In this document: positions 23,915 to 32,326 of the stretch, piece by piece
Position numbering within the stretch: the first letter of the stretch is position 1
Layout of the letters: every line of letters begins with the position of its first letter
IMG/VR virus record: IMGVR_UViG_3300037043_000403
Span: 1 to 38,420 of that record
From: a virus
Lineage: Duplodnaviria > Caudoviricetes
Length of the DNA stretch: 38,420 nucleotides
Reading direction: 5' to 3' (one strand)
Program-made: the position numbers and the translations under genes
The notes under the pieces: model-generated
Seen by the model: only the letters and a program-made list of their open reading frames with translations
Told to the model about the DNA's origin: nothing
Databases searched by the model: none

Positions 23915-26900
23915 ATGGATACGATCGACCGGCAGGAAATCGAGACGGTGTTCACCGCCAACATGAAGCAGCTGGAAACGGCGATGATCCGCTACGGCAA
24001 TGCGATGGAATCGGCCGCCGCACGGCAGGACCGCGCGTTCCGCCAGTCGAATGCGAATATCTCTCGCGGCGCCAACCAGCTGAACCAGAGCCTGCGCAAT
24101 GCGGTGGCGATCGGCGCCGTCGCGGTCGCGGGCCGCGAGGTGCTGGAATACGAGGCGACCTGGCGCAACCTGACCAACACGCTGCGCCTGTATGAAGGCG
24201 TGCTCGGCCCGGCTTCGGACTCGACCAAACGCCTGAACGCGGTGGCGATCAGCGCCAGCGTCGGGATCAGCGAACTCGGCAACCTGACGGGCGCGGTCTC
24301 GCGCGCCGTGGCCGGCGTCCCCGGCGTCTTCGATGACAGTTCGGAGGCCGTCTTCCAGTTCGCCGAGAACGTTTCGAAGGGTGCGCAGATCTCGAACAAT
24401 GGCGCGGCTGCTGTCTCCGGCGCGCTGACCCAGCTCAGCCAGGCGATCGGCTCGCCGCGCGTCCAGCTCGGCGAATTCAACTCGATCATCGAGGGCACGC
24501 CGCGCCTTGCGGCCGCCTTCGCCGAAGGGATCGAAGCGGCCGGCGGATCCGTCTCGAAGCTCCGCGAGCTGATCACCAAGGGCGATGTGTCCGGCGTGGA
24601 CCTGATCACCGGCCTGCTGTCGCAGACCGAAAAGCTGCGCGAGGAATTCGGCGGGATGACGACCGGTTCGGCCGAAGCGCTGAAGCGCTTCCAGAACCGG
24701 CTGGCGGAATTCATCGGCACGAACGAGACGGCGATCGATGCACAGCAGAATCTCGCCGGCGCGATCGAGTTCGTCGCCAACAATCTCGAAGCCCTGACCG
24801 ATGCGATCATCATCGGCGGCGCGGCCCTCGGCGGCTTCCTCGGCGCTTCGGCTCTGGCCTCGATCACCGCCGGCCTTGCCGGAATGACCAAGGGCCTGCG
24901 CGGCGCGGCGGCCGCCATGGCGCTGCTCAACGGCGTGTCGAAAGTCTTCGGCGGTCCCTGGGTGATCGGGATCACGGCGGTGGCCGGCGCACTCGCCTAT
25001 TTCTCGCTGCAAGGAGTGGGCGCAGAGGCTGCCATGGGCAAGCTGGAAGATACACTGTCAAACTATCGCCGCACGGAGGGCCGCGTTCAGTCTGACACCC
25101 AAAAGCTGACACAGCTCAACGAAGAGCTGACCGAGGCGATCAAGACACAACAGAGGGCCATCGAGTTGACCAAGCGCGCTGAAATTGCAGCGCTCAGTGA
25201 ACGGATTGCCAAGAACCAGGACCTGTTGAGGATCCAGGGAGAGCTTGCCAATAGCCAGCTTGGCCTCGTGCGCAGCTCGGTTCGCAGTTTTTCCAGCCCA
25301 ACGCTCGGGGAGCGCCTTGCCTTTTCGCCCAAGGACCAGCTGCGCAAAGAACTGTCCGCGAAGGCTTCGGTTGAGCCGGGCACCCTTATCGGTGTCGATG
25401 ATCAAACGCGTCAGACGCAATTCATGATTCTGTTGAATGAGCAGGTCAACATCAGCCGGCGGCTCCAGGATGCCGGCGAAGTCCTGAACGATAAGCAGAG
25501 AGCTGCGCTGGAATTGAAGCAAGAGTTCCTAGAGCTTCAGGCCAAAGAGGCGGCGCTGGCGGAAGACGTTGCGCTGACCACGCCACGGGGGCGCTTTGAG
25601 GCATTTGTTGAGTCCAGGTCGGGATTCATCGACTTGTCAGAGACGGCCGCAGAACCCGAAACGAAGGCGTCCGACGAGAAGGCCGCCAAGGACAACACGC
25701 TCGCCGCGCTCGAAGAAATCCGCAAGGCCCATAACGCCACCTTCGATACCGAGATCGAGGCGGTCGAGCGGGTCTACCGGGCGCGGATCGAAGCGATCAA
25801 CAAGTCGAGCGCCGGCGAGATGGAGCGCGCCGCGCTCACCATCCAGGCCGAGGAAATCCTGTCGGCCGAGATCGGCAAGATCAAGGCCGAGCAGGACGCC
25901 GAAGACGCCGCCTATGCCGAGGCGCGGGCCGCGCGGATCAAGGACCAGACCGACAGCGAGATCCAGCTGCTGGACGAAATCCTGTATGCGCGCGACGCCG
26001 CCTTCGGGCGAACGCTGGCGCTGATCGAACGCGAGTTCACGGCGCGCCGGGCCGAGGTCGAGGCCGAGATCGAGGATGCGGCCCGGCGCAATGAGGCGTT
26101 GGCGGCACTTGAAGACGAGAAGGCCAAGGTCATCGCGGACGTGCGCGAGCGCGCTCTCGATGAGGCGCGCGACTTCACCGAACGCGATGTCATCCAGTCG
26201 GAGGTGGACCGGATCCATGACGAGGCGCAAGCGCGCATCGATGCGATCGAGGCGGCCTATGGCGGCGAGATCGAGGCGCACCAGGATGCGCAGGACGCGA
26301 TCACGGCGATCATCGCCGAGGCGAATGAGCAGATCGTGGCGCTCGGTCGGGAGAGGTTGCAGGGTTATGTCGATGATGTCGGCTCGATCTTCGGCTCTCT
26401 GGCCGGAATCATAGAAGACTATGGTGGTAAGTCCTCAGGCGCCTACAAGGCGTTGATCGCCGTCGAGCGGGCCTTCGCGTTTGCCAGCATCTCCCTAAAG
26501 ATTGCTCAGGCCGTGTCGCAGGCTCTTGCTGACCCGACCGCTCTGACTTTGCCGCAAAAGATCGCAAACTTCGCGACGATCACGGCGCTGGGCGCGCAGG
26601 CGCTGGCGATGCTGGCGCCGAAGGGCGGCTTCCAGCGCGGCGGCCATACGGGCTATGGTGCGGACACGGACGTTCGCGGCTATGTCCATGCCAACGAATA
26701 TGTCCAGCCGGCGCCGGTGGTCAGCCATTACGGCGTCGATATCATGCGGGCGCTGCAATTCCGGCGGATCCCGAAACACCTGCTGCAGGGTTACCAGCGC
26801 GGCGGTTATGTCGGCGCCGCGCCGCCGGCGGTGATGCGCACGGCGGAGCGGATCACCGCCTCGGCGGCGTCGGCCGCGACCTCCATCCGCAACACGTCGA

Positions 26901-27109
26901 ACGTGTTCAACATCCAGCAGGGCAACGTGACGGTGACCGGCGGCGGTGACAGCAACGTCGCGGCCGAACTGCGCGCCGAGCTGCGCGAAAGCGAAGGGCG
27001 GATCGCGGCGAAGATCCTGCCGGCGCTCGCCAATGACATAAGGCGCGGCGGCAGCGACGTGACGGAGGCGCTGCAGGACGCCTATGCGCTGAGCCGGCGG
27101 GGCAGCTGA
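23915..27109 (+). CDS. Tail tape measure protein
   Basis: 1064 aa, helical and Ala-rich. ALTQLSQAIGS...GEFNSIIEGTPRLA and C-terminal GFQRGGHTG...GYVHANEYV. Confidence 0.96.
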   Translation: MDTIDRQEIETVFTANMKQLETAMIRYGNAMESAAARQDRAFRQSNANISRGANQLNQSLRNAVAIGAVAVAGREVLEYEATWRNLTNTLRLYEGVLGPASDSTKRLNAVAISASVGISELGNLTGAVSRAVAGVPGVFDDSSEAVFQFAENVSKGAQISNNGAAAVSGALTQLSQAIGSPRVQLGEFNSIIEGTPRLAAAFAEGIEAAGGSVSKLRELITKGDVSGVDLITGLLSQTEKLREEFGGMTTGSAEALKRFQNRLAEFIGTNETAIDAQQNLAGAIEFVANNLEALTDAIIIGGAALGGFLGASALASITAGLAGMTKGLRGAAAAMALLNGVSKVFGGPWVIGITAVAGALAYFSLQGVGAEAAMGKLEDTLSNYRRTEGRVQSDTQKLTQLNEELTEAIKTQQRAIELTKRAEIAALSERIAKNQDLLRIQGELANSQLGLVRSSVRSFSSPTLGERLAFSPKDQLRKELSAKASVEPGTLIGVDDQTRQTQFMILLNEQVNISRRLQDAGEVLNDKQRAALELKQEFLELQAKEAALAEDVALTTPRGRFEAFVESRSGFIDLSETAAEPETKASDEKAAKDNTLAALEEIRKAHNATFDTEIEAVERVYRARIEAINKSSAGEMERAALTIQAEEILSAEIGKIKAEQDAEDAAYAEARAARIKDQTDSEIQLLDEILYARDAAFGRTLALIEREFTARRAEVEAEIEDAARRNEALAALEDEKAKVIADVRERALDEARDFTERDVIQSEVDRIHDEAQARIDAIEAAYGGEIEAHQDAQDAITAIIAEANEQIVALGRERLQGYVDDVGSIFGSLAGIIEDYGGKSSGAYKALIAVERAFAFASISLKIAQAVSQALADPTALTLPQKIANFATITALGAQALAMLAPKGGFQRGGHTGYGADTDVRGYVHANEYVQPAPVVSHYGVDIMRALQFRRIPKHLLQGYQRGGYVGAAPPAVMRTAERITASAASAATSIRNTSNVFNIQQGNVTVTGGGDSNVAAELRAELRESEGRIAAKILPALANDIRRGGSDVTEALQDAYALSRRGS

Positions 27110-27600
27110 TGGCGCTGACCGAACGCCAGCGCCGCCTGTATGCCAGCGCGCCGCGCGGCGAGACCGGGCGCTGCGGCCTCAGCCTGACGCATCCGGGCTT
27201 CACCCGGGCCTGGCACCTGACAAACCAGCCGCGCGCCTTCGAGGGCCGCGTCGGCGGGGAGGTGGTGCGCTTCGAGGTGCACCCGTTCCGCGTGGTGCGC
27301 CCGGAAGTCGGCACCAGCGGCAAGCTCGACCTGAAGCTCGACATCCACAATTCCGGGCCGGTGTTCACCGCCGAATTCCTGCGCGCCGCCGCCCAGCCGC
27401 GCGTGCCGGTGCGGGCCGAACTGAACGATTACCTGCCGGGCGACCTCGACAGCCAGATCGACGGCTTCATCCTGTCGCTGCTCGATATCGCGGTGACGCC
27501 GTCCAGCTGTTCGGGCACCGCCTCGAGCGTCGATTTCCTGAACCGGGAATTCCCGCGCCAGTCCTACACGCTGCGCGCCTTTCCGGGGCTCGACCGGTGA
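27109..27600 (+). CDS. Minor tail protein (DUF1833 / gpL-like)
   Basis: RRLYASAP, LTHPGF and DFLNREFPRQSYTLRAFPGL. Confidence 0.85.
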   Translation: MALTERQRRLYASAPRGETGRCGLSLTHPGFTRAWHLTNQPRAFEGRVGGEVVRFEVHPFRVVRPEVGTSGKLDLKLDIHNSGPVFTAEFLRAAAQPRVPVRAELNDYLPGDLDSQIDGFILSLLDIAVTPSSCSGTASSVDFLNREFPRQSYTLRAFPGLDR

Positions 27601-27980
27601 CCGGCCTGCTGGAAGCGCGGTTCGAAGGCGCCCGATATGCCCCGCTGGGGCGCGGGCCCGTGGAGTTCGACTGCTGGGGCCTGGTGCTGGAAGCGCGCCG
27701 CGCGCTGCGCCTGCCGGTGCCGCTCGACCCGATGGAGGCGGCGCGGTCGCCGTCCGACATGGCGGCGATCCTCGCCCGGCACCTGTCGGCCGGCGACTGG
27801 CGCCCGGCGCCTGAACGCGACGGCGCCATCGTGATGTTTCCTTCGCTCGCCCGCGCCCTGCATTGCGGCGTCTGGGCGGACGGCGGGGTGCTCGACATTT
27901 CGCGGGAGGCCGGCCTGCGCTGGCGCCCGGCGAACCAGGTTCGCCCGATGCGGCGGGAGGTGATCGAATGGGCACGATAA
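27597..27980 (+). CDS. NlpC/P60-like tail assembly protein (gpK-like)
   Basis: GRGPVEFDCWGLV and HCGVW. Confidence 0.88.
   Translation: MTGLLEARFEGARYAPLGRGPVEFDCWGLVLEARRALRLPVPLDPMEAARSPSDMAAILARHLSAGDWRPAPERDGAIVMFPSLARALHCGVWADGGVLDISREAGLRWRPANQVRPMRREVIEWAR
27929..27945. repeat. Dispersed palindrome copy 5 (GGCGAACC-A-GGTTCGCC)
   Basis: Perfect 17-bp palindrome at the 3' end of the NlpC/P60 gene, about 22 bp before the tail-tip start. Confidence 0.9.
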
Positions 27981-30328
27981 GCCTGATCCGCGCCGGAACG
28001 CCGTGCGGCTCCAAGGTCGAGACGCATGACCATGACGGGCCGCTGATCGATTTCCTGGAGCGCGTCTTCCCGGACGGTTTCGCCGGGCAGGCGGCCCTGG
28101 TAACGCTGGACGGCGCGCCGGTCGATCCGGAGGATTATGACCGGGTCGGCCCGGAGGATGGCGAGCTGGTGCTGGCGCTGACGCCGGCCGGGTTCGATCC
28201 CTTCACGGTCGCCCTGATCGTGCTGGCGACGGTGGTCGCCTCGGTCGGGCTGACCATGCTGTTCATGCCGCGCGCGCCCTCGGCGGCGGCCGGCGATGAT
28301 CCGCTCTCGGTCTATTCGGTCAGCGCGCAGGCCAACAAGGCAAAGGTCGGCGGGGTCATCCCGGTGCCCTATGGGCGCTGCGTCTGGACGCCGGATTATG
28401 CCAGCCAGTCCTACCGGGTGTTCGAGAACAACCAGGAGACGCGGTATTTCCTGCTCTGCGTGGGGCAGGGCGAGATCGAGGTCCAGTCGCTGCGCCTCGG
28501 CGAGACGCCGCTGACCGACCTGCCGCCCGGCCTCGTGCGCTTCGGCGTGTTCCCGCCGCAGCGCCACGGCGCCCGGCTCGGCGCGATCGACGGCGAGTTC
28601 GGGCTGCACGAGAATGTGGTGACCTCCGGCGATGTCGCCGAACAGGAGATCCAGCCGCCGAAGAAATTCCAGGCCCGGGCCCGGGCCAGCTTTTCCGGGG
28701 ACGAGATCGTCTTCGAGGACGGCGCCGTCGCCGGGCAGGCCGAGACCGGCGACCTGCTGGTGATCCGCAAGGCGCCCAACAATGGCGACTTCACGGTGAC
28801 CGCCGTGACCGGCAACCGGGTCCGCGTGACGCCTTCCTTCACGCGCACGGCGGCGGTGACCGAATTCGACCTGGCGATCGTTGGCGGGCCGTCGCTGATT
28901 GCCGGGCCGTTCGTGACCAATCCGCCGGGCACGCGCACGCGCCGGGTCGAGATCGATCTCGAATTCCCCGGCGGCCTGCATACGACGAATGACGAGGGCG
29001 CGGTGCGCACCTCGGCAGCGAGTTTCGAGGCCGTGCTGCAGCCGATCGGCGACGAGGGCGGGCAGACCGGCCCGGCCATCGTCCGCGAGCTGACGGTCTC
29101 GTCGGCGACCCGCACGCCGCAGCGCCGGACCTGGCGGATCGACGGCCTGCCGGCCGGCCGCTACAGCGTGACCCTGCAGCGCCGGGATTTCGAGGACCGC
29201 AAGCGGCAGGTGGACCGGTCGGTCTGGACCGGCCTCAAGGCCTATCTCGACTATGAGGCGGGCGAGACCTATGGCGACGTGACCCTGGTGGCGATCGCCA
29301 TCCTCGGCGCGCAGGAACTCTCGGCGCGCTCGCAGACGAGGATCTTCGCCGAAACCTTCGCGCGGATCGAGACGGTCGCGGGCGGGCGGGCGCTGTCGAG
29401 CAATCCGGCGGACGTGATCTGCGATATCGTCACCCGCGCCAGTTACGGCGCCGGCCAGCCGCGCGAGAGCGTGCTGGATCTCGACGGCCTCGCCGCCTTC
29501 CATGCCCGCCAGGCGGGCCGGTCCGGCTTCAATGGCGTGTTCGACCGGCGGGGCACCATCTGGGACGCGCTGCGCGACGCGGCCATCCTCGGCCGCGCGT
29601 TGCCGCACCCCCTGGGCGCCCGGCTGAGCGTGGTCGAGGATGCGCCGCGCCCGATGCGGGCGAGCGTCGTGACGCCGGACCTGATCGCGCGCGACACGTT
29701 CACGCTGACCGCGCATTTCAAGCCGCCGGGCGGCGATGACGGGGTGCAGGTGGAATATTCCGACCCGGTGAGCTTCCAGCCGCGCACGGCGCTCTGGCCG
29801 CCTGAGTCGGTCCGCCCCCGGACGGTGCCGGTGCGCGGCCTCGCGCATGAAGGCGAGGCGCTGAGCATGGCGCAATATATCTGGCGGCAGGAAGAGGGCC
29901 GCAGTCTCGACATCAAGTTCGGGATGGAATGGGACGCGCTGAATTTCCTCGCCTTCGACCGGGTCGGCGTCTGCTTCCCCTTGTTCGACTGGGGCGAGGC
30001 CGGGCAGGTGGTCGCGGCGACCGGGCGCGCGGTGACACTGTCGCGCGACGTGCCGGAAGGCCCCGTCTTCTGCGTGCTGCGCGACCCGGAAGGAAGGGCC
30101 AGCGATGTGCTGACGGCGACCGGCGACGGCGCGCGCGGCCTGGTGTTCGATCATGACCTGCCGTTCCCGCCGATGCTGTCGGGCGGCGGCGTGGCAACCC
30201 CGGTGGCCTTCGGCACGGCGGCGGATTTCCTGCGCGACGTGACGGTCACCAAGGTCACGCCCTCCGCCCACGGAACAAGCGTCTCGGCGCATCTCTATGA
30301 CCCGGACTTCTGGGAAGGGCTGACCTGA
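27968..30328 (+). CDS. Tail tip / host specificity protein (TipJ-like hub)
   Basis: QANKAKVGGVIPVPYG, VEIDLEFPGGL, LPAGRYSV, FNGVFD and DDGVQVEY. Confidence 0.9.
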   Translation: MGTISLIRAGTPCGSKVETHDHDGPLIDFLERVFPDGFAGQAALVTLDGAPVDPEDYDRVGPEDGELVLALTPAGFDPFTVALIVLATVVASVGLTMLFMPRAPSAAAGDDPLSVYSVSAQANKAKVGGVIPVPYGRCVWTPDYASQSYRVFENNQETRYFLLCVGQGEIEVQSLRLGETPLTDLPPGLVRFGVFPPQRHGARLGAIDGEFGLHENVVTSGDVAEQEIQPPKKFQARARASFSGDEIVFEDGAVAGQAETGDLLVIRKAPNNGDFTVTAVTGNRVRVTPSFTRTAAVTEFDLAIVGGPSLIAGPFVTNPPGTRTRRVEIDLEFPGGLHTTNDEGAVRTSAASFEAVLQPIGDEGGQTGPAIVRELTVSSATRTPQRRTWRIDGLPAGRYSVTLQRRDFEDRKRQVDRSVWTGLKAYLDYEAGETYGDVTLVAIAILGAQELSARSQTRIFAETFARIETVAGGRALSSNPADVICDIVTRASYGAGQPRESVLDLDGLAAFHARQAGRSGFNGVFDRRGTIWDALRDAAILGRALPHPLGARLSVVEDAPRPMRASVVTPDLIARDTFTLTAHFKPPGGDDGVQVEYSDPVSFQPRTALWPPESVRPRTVPVRGLAHEGEALSMAQYIWRQEEGRSLDIKFGMEWDALNFLAFDRVGVCFPLFDWGEAGQVVAATGRAVTLSRDVPEGPVFCVLRDPEGRASDVLTATGDGARGLVFDHDLPFPPMLSGGGVATPVAFGTAADFLRDVTVTKVTPSAHGTSVSAHLYDPDFWEGLT

Positions 30329-30828
30329 TGAGCGACACCAACGGCGTGCGCCGCCTCTGGCCGCGCGGCCTGCCTTGCCCGGACCTCAAGGCGATCAGCT
30401 TCACGCCGGACGGCGGGGAGCTGGCGACCGAGATGGAAAGCGGCACGCGCCGCAACCGCCAGCTCTATGACACGCTGCCGACGACCTACAAGGCGACGAT
30501 GACCTGCGACCGGATCGAGACGGTCATCTTCATGAGTTTCTACAGGGAAGTCGCCGGCGCCGAATTCGAGATCGATGTCCATTCGCCTTTCTCCCTGACG
30601 CCGCAGACCAGCCGCCACCGCGCCCAGTTCCTTGCCCTGCCGGATGTCTCCGAAGCCGGCTCGGCGGCCTGGAAGGTCTCGATGACGCTCTGGCTGGCGG
30701 AAGTCAGCGTGCCGGACTTCGACGATATCGCCTTCCTCGCGGCCTACGGCGCCGAAGCCGGCGCAATGATCAACCGTTTCGACGTGCTCGCGAATGACGA
30801 GCTTGCCGATCACATGGGAGCCGCCTGA
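30328..30828 (+). CDS. Distal tail / gpM-like minor tail protein
   Basis: WPRGLPCP, TEMESGTRRNRQLY and WKVSMTL are typical of the protein that normally follows the tape measure gene. Confidence 0.7.
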   Translation: MSDTNGVRRLWPRGLPCPDLKAISFTPDGGELATEMESGTRRNRQLYDTLPTTYKATMTCDRIETVIFMSFYREVAGAEFEIDVHSPFSLTPQTSRHRAQFLALPDVSEAGSAAWKVSMTLWLAEVSVPDFDDIAFLAAYGAEAGAMINRFDVLANDELADHMGAA

Positions 30829-32279
30829 TGGCCATCAATACGCCGCCGACCGCGCTGGAACTGCAGAATGCCGGGACCGATCTCGATACGCTGGACAAGG
30901 TCATCAACGGCGCCGCCGATCTCGGCGGGACCGGATCGGTCGAGACCCGGCGCAGCGGCCCGGTCCAGACGCTCGCCTGGTTCCTGGCGCAGCTCGAGAC
31001 GCAGACCGATGCGGCCGCCGCCCAGGTGGCGAGCCTCACCGGACTGGAAGCGGCGATTGCCGCGATCGCGGCGGGCCTGGCCAGCGGCCAGCCGCTCGAC
31101 CTGATCGCCGACAACCTGAACAACCTGATCGCCGCCAGCGGGATCTATCCGGCGCCGCTGGGCGCGCACGACGCGCTCGAAGACGAGGTGATCACCGATC
31201 CGCGCGTCACGGTTCTGCATGAGGACGAACTCTACCGGCCGCGCGTGCTGCCGCATACGATCACGCTGCCGTTCGATCCGGACGATTTCTACCTGATGGC
31301 CGCGCAGGGCTCCGACTCGGCCTTCGTGCTGGCCGAGCTGCGCCGCCTCGCCACCTATCACCCGGCCGTGGCGCCCACATGGCTGCCGGTCGATGCGGTG
31401 ATCGTGGACGAGACGGATGCCGGCGCGCATCTCGACCTCGCCCTCAAGATCTCCGATGCCGACTCGCCGCCGGAGAACCTCGTCTTCACCGCGCCGGAAG
31501 GCCTGCCGGCCGGTTGGGCCATCGATGGCCGCTTGCTGCGCAAGACGAGCACCAGCGGCGTGATCGCCCGCGCTGCGCATCTCTTCCGCGTCACCGACGA
31601 GAACGGGCTCTGGGCCGAGACCGATATCGAGATCCAGGCCTATGCCGAAGGCGCGCCGCCCTCGCTGCCGCCGGTCTGGTCGGCGCTGCCGGTGCTGGCG
31701 CTGACGCAGGGCGCGGCGATGACGCCGCTGAATGTGCGCAGTTTCCTGACCGCCGGGACCACGGCGCTCGCCGCGATCACGATCACCGCGACCGGCGTGC
31801 CCGCGGGCATGACCGCCGCCGACGGCGTGCTGAGCGGCACGCCGACGACAAGCGGCGCGGTCTCGATCACCTGGACGGCGACCGACGCCTTCGGGAATGC
31901 GGTCCAGTATATCCAGACCGGCACCATCGCCGCCGGCGCCGCGCCGGTCTGGGCCTCGATCCCGCGGGTCACCATCACGCTCGGCCAGACCCTGCCGCCG
32001 GTGCGCTATGACACCTACCTCGGCGGCGGCGTCTATGCGGTGAGCGCCCTCACGCTCGGCGTCAGCGGCCAGCCGGCAGGCACCAGCCTGACCTCGCGCG
32101 AGCTGCGCGGCGCGCCCACGGCGGTCGGCACCTACACGGTCACCGTCACCGCCACCAATCCCGCCGGCGCGGCGGCGGCGATCAACCACACGGTCAATGT
32201 GCTGGCGGCGCCGACAGACGGCGGCGGCGGCACCGGTGAAGGCCCCGGCGGCTTTTACGAAAACCGCGAAGTCTTCTGA
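30828..32279 (+). CDS. Virion protein with putative Ig/cadherin-like repeats
   Basis: Tailspike-anchor-like N-terminus. Three repeats of the type GLPAGW / GVPAGM..LSGTPT / GQPAGT..LRGAPT..GTYTVTVTATN. Confidence 0.8.
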   Translation: MAINTPPTALELQNAGTDLDTLDKVINGAADLGGTGSVETRRSGPVQTLAWFLAQLETQTDAAAAQVASLTGLEAAIAAIAAGLASGQPLDLIADNLNNLIAASGIYPAPLGAHDALEDEVITDPRVTVLHEDELYRPRVLPHTITLPFDPDDFYLMAAQGSDSAFVLAELRRLATYHPAVAPTWLPVDAVIVDETDAGAHLDLALKISDADSPPENLVFTAPEGLPAGWAIDGRLLRKTSTSGVIARAAHLFRVTDENGLWAETDIEIQAYAEGAPPSLPPVWSALPVLALTQGAAMTPLNVRSFLTAGTTALAAITITATGVPAGMTAADGVLSGTPTTSGAVSITWTATDAFGNAVQYIQTGTIAAGAAPVWASIPRVTITLGQTLPPVRYDTYLGGGVYAVSALTLGVSGQPAGTSLTSRELRGAPTAVGTYTVTVTATNPAGAAAAINHTVNVLAAPTDGGGGTGEGPGGFYENREVF

Positions 32280-32326
32280 GGCCTCCCGGCCGAAGTCTCT
32301 CTCCCTGAAAGAAGGAACACCTGCTC

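Noticed and set aside
27467-30292. Very long antisense ORFs (941 aa here, also 1713-3776, 7848-9683, 18603-20195, 32255-34096)
   Set aside because: They are shadows of real genes in high-GC DNA, with Arg/Gly/His-rich translations and no recognisable motifs.
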